This document shows positions 18,826 to 28,924 of a stretch of DNA of 33,272 nucleotides, piece after piece. The position numbers were made by a program, and so were the translations under genes. This stretch comes from Verrucomicrobiota bacterium (lineage in GTDB: Bacteria > Verrucomicrobiota > Verrucomicrobiia > Limisphaerales > CANJSG01). Positions within the stretch are counted from its first letter, which is position 1. Each line of letters begins with the position of its first letter. Below the pieces are notes generated by a model. It was not told the DNA's origin. It saw only the letters and a program-made list of their open reading frames with translations, and did no database searches. The DNA lies in contig JBBQXJ010000052.1 in the NCBI GenBank assembly GCA_038209745.1, positions 1 to 33,272 on the forward strand, given 5' to 3'.

Positions 18826-21800
18826 CTACCGTTCGACGGGGGTGCCGACGACGTCCACGGGCGAGGGGTCCGCACCGCGGAAAATCGCGCGGCGTCTCCC
18901 GGTGATCCATTGACCCAGATCGTCGAGCCAGGAATAGGCGACGGGTGTCACGACCAGCGTCAGGAGCAGCGCCAGCGACTGTCCGCCGATGACGACGATG
19001 GCGATGGAGCGGCGTTCATCCGAGCCGGGTCCGGAGCCGAGGGCGAGGGGCATCATGCCCGCGACCAACGCGAGCGTGGTCATGAGGATGGGCCGGAGCC
19101 GGTCGCGGTTTCCGTCCATGATCGCGCTCAACCGGTCGAGGCCGCCGCTGCGGAGATGGTTCATGTGGTCGATCTGGAGGATGGCGTTCTTCTTCACCAC
19201 GCCGAAGAGCACGAGCAACCCGAGCGCGGAGTAGAGGTTCAGCGTGCTGCCGGTGATCCAGAGGGAGAGAAGGGCGAAGGGGACGCTCAGCGGCAGGGAA
19301 AGGAGGATCGTGAGGGGATGGACCAGGCTCTCATATTGTGCGGCCAGGATCATGTACATGAAGACGACCGAGAGGGCGAAGGCCAGGAGGAACTCCCGGA
19401 ACGTCCTGTCGAGCTCGCGCCCCTTGCCGGCGACGCGGGTGGAATAGCCCGGCGACATGTTGAGCTCTGCGGCGGCCTTCTTCAGCGCCTCAAGGCGGTC
19501 GGCCATGGCGTAGCCCGGGGCGATGCCGGCCCGGAGGCTGACCTGTCTCTGGCGGTCGAGTCGGTCGATGCGCGAGGCGGTCAATCCGGGGACGAGATCC
19601 ACCACGTTGTCCAAGCGGACGAGGCCGCCGATTTCGTTCGGTATGAAGAGCCGGGAAATGGTCTCCGCGTCCGACCGGTCGGACTTGGCCAGCCGGATCG
19701 AGACGTCGTAGTCCTCGTTCATCTGTTCGTCGCGGAAGCGGGACGCCTGGTCGTCGCCGCCGACCATCAGGCGGAGGGCGTTGGCGATGTCGATGGTGGA
19801 GACGTTGAGATCGGCGGCGCGTTCACGGTCGATGGCGACCTGGATCTCGGGCTTGTCGAGCTTGAGCGTGGTATCGGCGTCGACGAGGCCGAGCTCGTCG
19901 GCGCGTTCCAGGAGGGCGTTGGCGTAGGTGTCGAGCTTGTCGAGCTCGGGGCCGAGGAAGGCGAAGTCGATGTCCCAGCGCGAACCCCCGAAGTTGAAGG
20001 ACGGGATGTTGCTGACGCTGGAGCGCAGGCCGAACTTCTTCAGCCGCCGGCGCAGCTCGCCCATGACGACCTTCTGGCTGCGGTTGTTCTGGAAGGCGCG
20101 CCAAGGATGGAGCCGGACCGTTTCGCGGAGCAGGCGGGCGAGGGTGAAGCGGCGTTCCGCGAAGGGCACCAACCTGACGTAGGCGCCGCCGGTGTTGACG
20201 CCGCTGAGGAATCCACCGCCGGTGGTCGCGAGGACCGTCTGGACGGAGGGCGTCCGTCTGATCTCGGCCTCGATGGCGAGCATGGCCTCGTTCATCGAGT
20301 CCATTCCGGTGCCTTCAGGGGCGGTGATGCGCACCTCGAATTCGCCCTCGTCCACGTCGGTCGGGACGTACTCCTGTTTCACCGAATGGTAGAGGGGAAC
20401 GGACGCCAGCACGACCAGGATCGAGAGGACGGCGACGGTGCCGCGGTGGCGCAGGGCGAGGGCGAGCACCCGCAGATACCAGGCTTCGAACCGGCCATAG
20501 AGACCGCCGCGGGATTTGGGAGAAGGGCCGTTCGCCGGCGTCTTTCGCAGGAGGCGGGCGCTCATCATCGGCGTGAGGGTGAAGGAGACCAGGAGGCTGA
20601 CGAGGACGGCCACGGCGGCGGTGATGCCGAACTGGAAGAGGAACCGGCCCGACACGCTCGACATGAAGGACACCGGCACGAAGATCACGACGAGGCTGAA
20701 GGTTGTGGCCATCACGGCCAGGCCGATCTCCGCCGTGGCCTGTTTGGCGGCTTCGAAGGGCGACAGCCCCTTTTCCTCGATGAAACGGTAGATGTTTTCC
20801 AGCACCACGATGGCGTCGTCGATGACGATGCCGACCATCAGCACGAGGGCCAGCATGGTGACGCTGTTCAGGGTGAAGTGCAGCATCCACATCATGCCGA
20901 AAGTGGCGATGACCGAGGCCGGGATCGCCACGGCCGAGATCAGGGTGGAGCGCCAGTCCCGCATGAAGAGCAGCACCACGATGCAGGCAAGGAGCGAGCC
21001 GAGGAGGAGGTGGACGTTGATCTCGTGGAGCGCCTGGTAGATGTAGCGCGACTGGTCGCGGATGATCTCGAACTCCACGCCGGCGGGCAGCTGCGCCTGC
21101 AACGGCGGGAGCTTCTCCTTGACCGCCTCGATGACGGACACGGTGTTCGCGGCGGACTGGCGCCGCACCTCCAGGATCACGGCGGATTTGCCGTTGAGCC
21201 GGGTGATGGAGCGCTGTTCCTTCACTCCGTCGATGGCCCGACCGACATCGCGCAACCGGATGGGGGCGCCATTGTGGCGGGCGACGACCATCTCGTTGAA
21301 CTGCTCGGCGGAAGTGAAGCGGCCGAGGGTCCGGAGGGACTGTTCGCGGACGCTGGCGGTGACGTTGCCGCCGGGAACCTCGGTGTTCTGGCGCAGGAGC
21401 GCGTCGCGGACCACGGTCACCGGCAGGCCGTAGGCGGCGAGGCGGTCGGCATCGAGTTCCAGATTGATGGCCCGTTCGGCTTGGCCCTGGATCCGGACCT
21501 CGCCGACGCCGCTGGTGCGCTCGATCTGCACCTTGACCACCTTGTCCGCGTATTCCGTCAGTTCCCGCAGCGACTGGCTGCCCGAGAGGGAGATCGTCAG
21601 GACCGGCGACGAGTCGTTGTCGAACTTGGAGACCTGGGGTGGCAGAGCCTCCACGGGCAGGCGACGAAGCACCTTCGCGACGGCGTCTCGCACGTCCTGG
21701 GCGGCGGTGTCGATGTTCCGGTCCAGGTCGAAGGTGATGATGACGAACGAAGTGCCGGCACCGGAGATCGATCTCAGCTCGCCGATGCCCGCGACGGTGT

Positions 21801-22017
21801 TGACGGTCTCCTCGATGATGCGCGAGACTTGAGACTCCACTTCGGTGGGCGACGCTCCCGGGAGCTCGGTCCGGACGCTGACGGTCGGAAGATCGATCGA
21901 CGGAAACCGGTCCACGCCCAGCTTGAAGTAGCTGGTGGCTCCCACGACCACGAGGGCCATGATGAGCATCAAGGCGAAGACCGGCCGGCGGATGCAGATG
22001 TCAGCCAGCTTTTGCAT
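18826..22017 (-). CDS. RND efflux transporter permease (AcrB/AcrD/AcrF family)
   Basis: IRRPVFA, GVDRFPSIDLP, GIVIDDAIVVLENI, KKNAILQID, RLRPILMTT; 1063 aa. Confidence 0.96.
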   Translation of the reverse strand: MQKLADICIRRPVFALMLIMALVVVGATSYFKLGVDRFPSIDLPTVSVRTELPGASPTEVESQVSRIIEETVNTVAGIGELRSISGAGTSFVIITFDLDRNIDTAAQDVRDAVAKVLRRLPVEALPPQVSKFDNDSSPVLTISLSGSQSLRELTEYADKVVKVQIERTSGVGEVRIQGQAERAINLELDADRLAAYGLPVTVVRDALLRQNTEVPGGNVTASVREQSLRTLGRFTSAEQFNEMVVARHNGAPIRLRDVGRAIDGVKEQRSITRLNGKSAVILEVRRQSAANTVSVIEAVKEKLPPLQAQLPAGVEFEIIRDQSRYIYQALHEINVHLLLGSLLACIVVLLFMRDWRSTLISAVAIPASVIATFGMMWMLHFTLNSVTMLALVLMVGIVIDDAIVVLENIYRFIEEKGLSPFEAAKQATAEIGLAVMATTFSLVVIFVPVSFMSSVSGRFLFQFGITAAVAVLVSLLVSFTLTPMMSARLLRKTPANGPSPKSRGGLYGRFEAWYLRVLALALRHRGTVAVLSILVVLASVPLYHSVKQEYVPTDVDEGEFEVRITAPEGTGMDSMNEAMLAIEAEIRRTPSVQTVLATTGGGFLSGVNTGGAYVRLVPFAERRFTLARLLRETVRLHPWRAFQNNRSQKVVMGELRRRLKKFGLRSSVSNIPSFNFGGSRWDIDFAFLGPELDKLDTYANALLERADELGLVDADTTLKLDKPEIQVAIDRERAADLNVSTIDIANALRLMVGGDDQASRFRDEQMNEDYDVSIRLAKSDRSDAETISRLFIPNEIGGLVRLDNVVDLVPGLTASRIDRLDRQRQVSLRAGIAPGYAMADRLEALKKAAAELNMSPGYSTRVAGKGRELDRTFREFLLAFALSVVFMYMILAAQYESLVHPLTILLSLPLSVPFALLSLWITGSTLNLYSALGLLVLFGVVKKNAILQIDHMNHLRSGGLDRLSAIMDGNRDRLRPILMTTLALVAGMMPLALGSGPGSDERRSIAIVVIGGQSLALLLTLVVTPVAYSWLDDLGQWITGRRRAIFRGADPSPVDVVGTPVER

Positions 22018-23251
22018 GCGGGTTGGCGGTGGGCACGGAGGTGTCTTCGATCCCAGGATTCACCGGGTCTCCGGTTTGCAGGCCTCCGGGATCGCGGATC
22101 ACGGAGGTTCCGGCTTTGAGTCCTTCGAGAATCTCGATCCAGCCCTCGTGGCGGCGCCCGGTCCCGACCCGTTTTTCAATCGCGGTGCGGTTGGTGGAGA
22201 CGATGAACACCTTCTCGATCCCGGCGAAGACGACGAGCGCGTCGGCCGGGATGACGAGCGTGGGAACGGAGGGTTCGACGACGATCTCGGCGCGGGCGAG
22301 CGAGCCGGCGCGGAGGGTGCCGGGATTCGGGAAGTCGGCTTCGACCATCAGCATGCGGGTCCGGCTGTCGAGGGCCGGGCTGGTGCGGACCAAGGGGGCC
22401 TCCAGAAGGTTGGTCGTGCCTTCGAGACGGATGCGGACGGTCTGGCCGGGCCGGACCTTGGCGGCGTCGCGTTCCGGCACTTCGATCCGGAGGCGCAGCG
22501 GATCGATTCGGACGAGGGAGACAACGGGACTGCCGACGGCCAGAAATTCGCCGAGGCTGGCCCGGCGTTCCTGGACGACCCCGTCGAACGGGGCGCGCAG
22601 CCGCGTGTCGGAGAGCTGCTGTTGGGCGATCTCGAATTCGGCGCGGCGCTGGGCGAGGAGCGCCTGGAGTTCCCGGGCGTCCTGCTGGGCGGTTTCGGAG
22701 CGGGTCTGGGCGACCGCGAAGTTGGCGCTGGCACTATCGAAATCGGCCGCGGAGCTGATCTTCTCGGCCTGCAGACGTCGGATGCGGTCCAGCGTGTTCC
22801 GGGCTTCGTCAAGAACGGCTCGGGCGGCGCGCACAGAGGGGACTGAATCGAGTTGGGCGGAATCATCGGCGCCTTCGGCCGGCAGACCGAGGCGGGCGCG
22901 GACCTGGGCGAGGGCGGCGGCGGACTGCTGGAGGCGAAGCTCGTAGTCGCGCGGTTCGATCTCCGCCAGAACGTCGCCGGATCGAACCCTGCTGCCGACA
23001 TCGACCCGCAGGCTTCGGAGCCGACCCGTGGTCTTGATGCTGATGGTGGCGTGGTCGATGGCTTCGAGCGAACCGAGCGCGGTGATGGTGCTTTCCATCG
23101 GCTGCAGCGAGGCCCGGACGACGGAGACCCCGCGTCTTTCCTTGGTCGGGCCCGAGGTGCGGGCGGCGTCGGGGGAGCAGGCCGGGAACAGGCCGACAAG
23201 AAGCAGCGGCAGGAGCCACAACGGTGGGCGAATGGTCGATGGATGGGCCAT
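22001..23251 (-). CDS. RND efflux periplasmic adaptor (MFP), likely lipoprotein
   Basis: Hydrophobic N-terminus ending LFPAC, lipoyl halves (VDVGSRVRSGDVLAEI; LRAPFDGVV), an alpha-hairpin, and the 3' end overlapping the permease start. Confidence 0.92.
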   Translation of the reverse strand: MAHPSTIRPPLWLLPLLLVGLFPACSPDAARTSGPTKERRGVSVVRASLQPMESTITALGSLEAIDHATISIKTTGRLRSLRVDVGSRVRSGDVLAEIEPRDYELRLQQSAAALAQVRARLGLPAEGADDSAQLDSVPSVRAARAVLDEARNTLDRIRRLQAEKISSAADFDSASANFAVAQTRSETAQQDARELQALLAQRRAEFEIAQQQLSDTRLRAPFDGVVQERRASLGEFLAVGSPVVSLVRIDPLRLRIEVPERDAAKVRPGQTVRIRLEGTTNLLEAPLVRTSPALDSRTRMLMVEADFPNPGTLRAGSLARAEIVVEPSVPTLVIPADALVVFAGIEKVFIVSTNRTAIEKRVGTGRRHEGWIEILEGLKAGTSVIRDPGGLQTGDPVNPGIEDTSVPTANPHAKAG

Positions 23252-23472
23252 GAATCGGTCTTTTGGATCCGGAAGATCTCCACGAAACAGGTTTTCCGGC
23301 GCGTAGCAAGTGCCGGATCGGCTGGGAGGATACGGACCTGGGGCAGACGCCGTCACGGGGTAGCCGGATTCAAAGAAGTTGGCCTACGGGGACAGGTTTC
23401 ATGTCGGGCCAATCCGGTCGGACGGAAACAGGGGACGTTGTGTCCGCAAGTTTGATCGAATCGGACTCCCGC

Positions 23473-24393
23473 TCAGATCTGGTAGTCGATCGGGGCTTCG
23501 GCGCGCTGGGACTTGCTGAGGACCTTCACGTTGGCCTCCCCCGCGATGACCAACGAATTCGGAGGCACGCTCTGCATGAGGAAGACGCTTGCCCCGATGG
23601 TGCTGCCTTCGCCTATGATGGTGTCGCCGCCGACGATGGTGGCGTTGGCGTAGAGGGTGACATGGTCCTCGATGGTCGGGTGGCGCTTGGTGCCCTTCAA
23701 CGCCTGGCCGGCGGCGAGCGACCGGGCGACGAGGCCGACGCCCTGATACAGCTTCACGTGGTTCCCGATGATGCAGGATTCGCCGATCACCGTGCCGGTG
23801 CAATGGTCGACGAAGAAGTGGCTGCCGATCGTCGCGCCTGGGTGGATGTCCATGCCGGATCGGGTGTGGGCCCATTCGGTCATGATGCGCGGGATGAGCG
23901 GCACCCCCTGTAGGTAGAGCTGGTGGGCGAGACGCTGGACGGCGATGGCCTCGATGAAGGGATACGCCACGATAACCTCCTCTTTGCTCAACGCGGCGGG
24001 ATCGCCCTGGAAAGCCGCTTCGGTGTCGGTCTGGAGGAGCTCGCGCAGGCGGGGCAGTTCTCCGAGGAACTGGAGGGTCAAATCCCGCGACAAAGGCCTC
24101 AGCGAACGGCGCTCCACTCCGGCGGGCGGGGCGTATTCGAGCGCCTTGTAGATCTCGTCCTCCAGGTCGCCGGCCACGGCGTCGAGCCGGGTGGCGGTCT
24201 CGATCTTCAGTTCGGACGAATGCACGGGCTTCTCCTCGAAGAAACCGGGAAAGACGAGCTGGAGAAGCTGGCAGGTGAGCCGGGTCACGGTGGTCTTCGA
24301 CGGCAGGTTTTTGCCGTCGAGATGGTTGATGCCGCCGAGCCGCGCATAGGAGAGCAGCAGCTCTTCGGTGAGGTGTGTGACTGAACGATTCAC
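23473..24393 (-). CDS. cysE: Serine O-acetyltransferase
   Basis: GDPAA..EEVIVAYP, RLAHQLY, DIHPGATIG..FFVDHCTGTVIGE, KRHPTIEDHV and hexapeptide repeats. Start is uncertain (GTG 24393 or TTG 24414). Confidence 0.93.
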   Translation of the reverse strand: MNRSVTHLTEELLLSYARLGGINHLDGKNLPSKTTVTRLTCQLLQLVFPGFFEEKPVHSSELKIETATRLDAVAGDLEDEIYKALEYAPPAGVERRSLRPLSRDLTLQFLGELPRLRELLQTDTEAAFQGDPAALSKEEVIVAYPFIEAIAVQRLAHQLYLQGVPLIPRIMTEWAHTRSGMDIHPGATIGSHFFVDHCTGTVIGESCIIGNHVKLYQGVGLVARSLAAGQALKGTKRHPTIEDHVTLYANATIVGGDTIIGEGSTIGASVFLMQSVPPNSLVIAGEANVKVLSKSQRAEAPIDYQI

Positions 24394-24627
24394 CTCAGAA
24401 CTATCCGGAACCAACCGCCTGGGCGCAATGCCCGTCCCGTCGCGGCCCGAATCGGCGATCCGGCCTCAAGCAATGGCTCCGCAAGCCGATGAACAGGAAG
24501 CGAAACGGGTCGCCGACCTGGAATAGGCCGGTGGGTCAGGGTGATCGGCCCGGTTTCGCCGCCCAGCATCGATGCTGGACGGAAACGGCAGACCGCAAGG
24601 ACCGCGAATTCATCGATGGACCAGACT

Positions 24628-25545
24628 ATGCAGAGAACAATTTCATTGGGTTGGGGGCGGGTGGCCCTCGGGTGTGCGGTGATCGGCTGCTGGTTTCCCC
24701 GCGAAGCGGGAGCCATCATCTTCTATTCGACCGGAGACCCCGCCTATAACACCACCGCGCCGACGGGCGGTCTCGCCGGCAGTGGTTGGCAGTGGACCGG
24801 ATTCTGGGGAGGCGTCACCGGGACGACGATTTCGCCGAACCAATTCATCACCGCGACCCACGTCGGCGGGAGCGTGGGGCAGGCGTTCACCTTTGGCGGT
24901 GTGAGCTACACGACGACCGGTGTGGCGAACAACGGCGACCTCGCCATCTGGACCGTCAGCGGAACGTTTTCTTCCTATGCACCGATCACGAGCACGGCTC
25001 CCGCCATTGGAACCGACGCGGTGGTTCTTGGGCGTGGCACCCAGCGCGGGGCCGATATTTCCCAAAACGGGGAGCTCAAGGGCTGGCAATGGGGCGCCGC
25101 CGACGGGGCGCTGCGCTGGGGCGAGAACACGGTTGAAACCGCCGGCGGCACCTTGATCAAGTTCAACTTCGACGCCACGGGCGGAGCCAACGAGGCGCAC
25201 TTGTCGTCCGGCGATTCCGGCGGCGGCGTCTTCGTGAACGAAGGCGGAGGGTGGAAGGTGACCGCCATCAACTACGGCGTGGACGGCCCTTTCAGCACGA
25301 CCCTGGGCGGGAGCCAGTTCAACGCGGCGATCTTCGACAAGGGCGGTCTATACAAGGGCGGCGCTTTCTACACGGAGTCGGCGATCGACAAGCCCAGCGC
25401 CTTCTATTCGACTTCGCTCGCCGCGAGCTACTCGTGGATCTCCAGCGTGATGGCCGTGCAGGTGCCGGAGCCGTCCGCGACGGCGCTGGTCGGGATCCCC
25501 GGCGCACTCTTTCTGGGGATGAAGCTGGCGCGTCGCCGGAACTGA
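24628..25545 (+). CDS. PEP-CTERM-anchored trypsin-like serine protease
   Basis: Signal peptide; catalytic triad contexts ITATHV (His), GDLAIW (Asp), GDSGGG (Ser); C-terminal VPEPS plus hydrophobic helix plus RRRN. Confidence 0.88.
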   Translation: MQRTISLGWGRVALGCAVIGCWFPREAGAIIFYSTGDPAYNTTAPTGGLAGSGWQWTGFWGGVTGTTISPNQFITATHVGGSVGQAFTFGGVSYTTTGVANNGDLAIWTVSGTFSSYAPITSTAPAIGTDAVVLGRGTQRGADISQNGELKGWQWGAADGALRWGENTVETAGGTLIKFNFDATGGANEAHLSSGDSGGGVFVNEGGGWKVTAINYGVDGPFSTTLGGSQFNAAIFDKGGLYKGGAFYTESAIDKPSAFYSTSLAASYSWISSVMAVQVPEPSATALVGIPGALFLGMKLARRRN

Positions 25546-25571
25546 GCGGGCGGGAATTCTGTTCGACAAGA

Positions 25572-25597
25572 AGGGCCGGACTCGAGGGTCCGGCCCT
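25572..25597 (+). terminator. Stem-loop after the PEP-CTERM gene (probable terminator)
   Basis: AGGGCCGGAC-TCGAGG-GTCCGGCCCT, a perfect 10-bp stem with only a weak U-tract. Confidence 0.55.
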
Positions 25598-25674
25598 CTG
25601 CGTTTCGATCCTGGTGCCTCCGGCTCGCTGCGCTGTTGCCGCCCACGTGGATCGGCTGGCAATGTCGGTCCTCA

Positions 25675-26847
25675 ATGTTTGAAGCCTTCCGCGAATGGAC
25701 AGAATCCGCCGAGACCTATGTCTTGGAAGTCATTCTGGGCGATCGTCGCGGCTACCAGGCCTCGGCGATCCGTGGCGCGCTCTTCGGCCTCTCGAAAGTG
25801 TTCGCGGTCGCGGTCAAGGCGCGCCGCTTCCTCTACAATGTCCGGATTCTCCGCGATTCCACCCTGGGCGTTCAGGTCATCGCCATCGGAAACCTGACCG
25901 TCGGCGGCACGGGCAAGACGCCCGTGGTCGAAAAGTTCGCGCGCGAACTCCAGGACCAGGGCCGCAAGGTGGCCATCCTGTCGCGTGGCTACCGGTCCAA
26001 GCCGCCGCCTTTGGGCAAACGGTTGTTGAACAGGCTGCTCTTCCAGGGTGACACGACCCCGCCCCGCGTCGTGTCCGATGGCAAGTCCCTCCTGTTGAAT
26101 TCCGAGCTGGCCGGCGACGAACCCTACATGCTCGCGTCGAACCTCAAGGATGTGATCGTGCTGGTGGACAAGGACCGGGTGAAGGCCGGGCGCTACGCCA
26201 TCGAGAAGTTCGGCTGCGACACGCTGCTGCTCGACGACGGGTTCCAGTATTGGAAGCTGCGTGGCCGCCGGCAGGACGTGGTGTTGATCGACTGCCAGGC
26301 GCCGTTCGGGAACGAACACCTGCTGCCGCGCGGCACCCTGCGGGAACCGCCCGAACATCTGGCCCGGGCCAACGTCATCTTCCTGACGAAGAGCGATGGT
26401 CAGACCAAGGCGCTGCGCCAGCGGATCGCCCGCTTGAACTCCAGGGCCGCCGTCATCGAGTGCATCCACCAGCCTCTCTATTTCGAGAACGTCTTTACCG
26501 GCGAACGCATGGAACTGGAGTTCCTCACGGGCAAGAAGGTCGGCTCCCTCAGCGGCATCGCCCAGCCCGAGAGCTTCGAGCAGAGCCTCGTGAAACTGGG
26601 CGCCGAGCTGGTCTACGCGAAGCGCTTCGCAGACCACCATCGCTTCTCCCAGCAGGAGATCATCAACGCCATCAACCGGGGCAAGAAACGGCAGGCCGAG
26701 ATGATCCTGACCACCCAGAAGGACGCCGTTCGCTTCCCGCGTCTGGACCGGCGCGACCTGCCCATCTACTTCATGCGCGTCGAGATCAACATCCTCGCCG
26801 GAGCGGATGACTTTCGCGACTGCGTCCGCCGCATCTGTTTCCGCTGA
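25675..26847 (+). CDS. lpxK: Tetraacyldisaccharide 4'-kinase
   Basis: [58 protein letters not shown]. Confidence 0.96.
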   Translation: MFEAFREWTESAETYVLEVILGDRRGYQASAIRGALFGLSKVFAVAVKARRFLYNVRILRDSTLGVQVIAIGNLTVGGTGKTPVVEKFARELQDQGRKVAILSRGYRSKPPPLGKRLLNRLLFQGDTTPPRVVSDGKSLLLNSELAGDEPYMLASNLKDVIVLVDKDRVKAGRYAIEKFGCDTLLLDDGFQYWKLRGRRQDVVLIDCQAPFGNEHLLPRGTLREPPEHLARANVIFLTKSDGQTKALRQRIARLNSRAAVIECIHQPLYFENVFTGERMELEFLTGKKVGSLSGIAQPESFEQSLVKLGAELVYAKRFADHHRFSQQEIINAINRGKKRQAEMILTTQKDAVRFPRLDRRDLPIYFMRVEINILAGADDFRDCVRRICFR

Positions 26848-26854
26848 GGCCCGC

Positions 26855-27799
26855 ATGGACACGCTGCTCTATCTCCTGGCCCGCGCGGTCATCGGCCTGC
26901 TCCAGATGCTGCCGTTGCGCTGGGTCGCGCGGATCGGCCGGGCGGGTGGCGGCCTGTTCCATCGCGTGGATGCACGGCATCGGAAAGTCGCCGCAAAGAA
27001 CTTGGCGCTGTGTTTTCCGGAAAAGTCCACGGACGAAGTGCGGGACCTGGTGAAGGAGAACTTCCGACGGATCGGAGAAAGCTTCGCCTGCGCGGTCAAG
27101 ACGGCGGCGATGACACCGGAGCAGCTCAAGGCCCACGTCACCTTCGCGGGTGCCGAAAAGATCCTCGGTCGCTCCGGTGGCGGCGGTCCGCCGAGCCGCA
27201 TCGTCGCCATCGGGCACTTCGGGAATTTCGAGCTCTATGCGCGCCTGGGCCAATACGTGCCGGACTTCAAGTGCGCGACCACCTATCGCGCCCTGCGCCA
27301 GCCCGCGCTGAACCGGCTGATGCAGTCGATGCGGGAAAAGTCCGGCGCGATGTTCTTCGAGCGACGCACCGACGGCGCCGCGTTGAAGGCGGCGATGAGC
27401 GACACCGGGTTGATGCTCGGATTGTTGGCGGACCAGCACGCGGGAGACGCGGGGTTGAAGCTGCCGTTCTTCGGCCGCGACTGCTCGACCTCGGCCGCGC
27501 CGGCGGTGTTCGCGCTCCGCTACCATTGCCCGCTCCACACCGCCATCTGCTACCGGGTCGGACCGGCAAAATGGCGGATCGAAGCCGGTGACGAGATTCC
27601 TACGCGGATCAAGGGCGAACCCCGCTCCTCTCTCGACATCATGCGCGACGTGAACACGGCCTACGAAGCCGCCATCCGCCGCGATCCGGCGAACTGGTTC
27701 TGGGTCCACAACCGCTGGAAACCGGGCAAGTGGCGCACGCGGGCGGAGGCTCCGGAGGAGGCGCCCGCGAAGGCCGACCCGGAGACTTCGCAGCGGTAG
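26855..27799 (+). CDS. Lipid A late acyltransferase (LpxL/HtrB family)
   Basis: NLALCFPE, GHFGNFE (HX4E), LADQ, PFFG, IRRDPANWFWVHNRWK; in an operon with lpxK. Confidence 0.92.
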   Translation: MDTLLYLLARAVIGLLQMLPLRWVARIGRAGGGLFHRVDARHRKVAAKNLALCFPEKSTDEVRDLVKENFRRIGESFACAVKTAAMTPEQLKAHVTFAGAEKILGRSGGGGPPSRIVAIGHFGNFELYARLGQYVPDFKCATTYRALRQPALNRLMQSMREKSGAMFFERRTDGAALKAAMSDTGLMLGLLADQHAGDAGLKLPFFGRDCSTSAAPAVFALRYHCPLHTAICYRVGPAKWRIEAGDEIPTRIKGEPRSSLDIMRDVNTAYEAAIRRDPANWFWVHNRWKPGKWRTRAEAPEEAPAKADPETSQR

Positions 27800-27805
27800 A
27801 CCGGA

Positions 27806-28924
27806 ATGAAGATCGAGACCGCCAGCCTCGGCCGCCAGCCGCGCATCCTCGTGCGGGGCGTCAACTGGCTGGGCGACGCCGTCATGGCCACGCCGGCGTT
27901 GCTGCGGCTGCGGGAGCGGTTTCCGTCCTCGCATGTCGCGCTGTTGGGCCCGGACAAGCTCAAGGATTTGTGGGCCGGCCATCCGGCGGTGGACTCGGTG
28001 CATTCGTTTGTCGCGGGTGAATCGCCTTGGCAAATCGGGCGGCGTTTGCGGGACGAGCGGTTCGATCTCGCACTGGTTTTGCCCAACTCTCCGAGGTCCG
28101 CCCTGGAAGTCTGGTGCGCCGGTGCGAAACGCCGGGTCGGCTACGCCCGGTCTTGGCGGAACCTCTTCCTGACCGACGTAATTCCGGCTCGGCCGGCGGA
28201 AATTCCGATGCGCAAGAAGGCGCCGGATGAAGTTCGGTGTTTGATCGAGCGGGGTGCGGTGTCGCCCCGCGTCCCGCTGCCGGCCCAAGCACATCACGCC
28301 TTCCAGTATCTGCATCTCGTGGCGGCCGTGGGCGGCGATCCCGGGATCCTTCCTCCGCTGATTTCTGTGGATGAATCGGAGTTGGCCGAAGCGGCGAAGC
28401 GACTTCCGCCGGGCCCCTCCGCCTGGGTCGGTCTGAACCCCGGCGCGGAATACGGTCCGGCCAAGCGCTGGCCAGCGGAACGGTTCATTGCCGCCGCCCA
28501 CGCGATCCACCAGGCCACCGGCTGCGGATTCATCCTCTTCGGCGGCAAGGCCGATCAGACCTTGGCCATGCAACTGGCATCCGGCATCCGGCATCCGGCA
28601 TCCGGCATTGCCGTTGTCGACACGGCCGGCCGCACCACGCTGCGCGAACTCTGCGCACTGCTGAAGCTTTGCCGGGTCGTCCTGACCAACGACACCGGGC
28701 CGATGCACGTCGCGGCGGCGGTCGGGACGTCGGTTGTCGTGCCGTTCGGCAGCACTTCGCCGGAATTGACCGGGCCGGGGCTGCCTGGTGATCCGCGGCA
28801 CGGGCTGATCCGGTCGGGAGCGGTCTGTTCCCCCTGTTATCTGCGGGAGTGTCCGGTGGATTTTCGATGCATGACTGGAATTGGAGTTGATCGGATCGTG
28901 GCCCGGGTTTTGAACGCGTTTTAA
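27806..28924 (+). CDS. waaF: LPS heptosyltransferase II (GT9)
   Basis: ILVRGVNWLGDAVMATP, NPGAEYGPAKRWP, TNDTGPMHVAAAVG, CSPCYLRECP..CM. Confidence 0.92.
   Translation: MKIETASLGRQPRILVRGVNWLGDAVMATPALLRLRERFPSSHVALLGPDKLKDLWAGHPAVDSVHSFVAGESPWQIGRRLRDERFDLALVLPNSPRSALEVWCAGAKRRVGYARSWRNLFLTDVIPARPAEIPMRKKAPDEVRCLIERGAVSPRVPLPAQAHHAFQYLHLVAAVGGDPGILPPLISVDESELAEAAKRLPPGPSAWVGLNPGAEYGPAKRWPAERFIAAAHAIHQATGCGFILFGGKADQTLAMQLASGIRHPASGIAVVDTAGRTTLRELCALLKLCRVVLTNDTGPMHVAAAVGTSVVVPFGSTSPELTGPGLPGDPRHGLIRSGAVCSPCYLRECPVDFRCMTGIGVDRIVARVLNAF
28576..28608 (+). repeat. Intragenic heptamer tandem repeat (GGCATCC)4 + GGCAT in waaF
   Basis: Perfect units at 28576, 28583, 28590 and 28597 and a partial unit at 28604; encodes ASGIRHPASGI. 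Confidence 0.95.
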
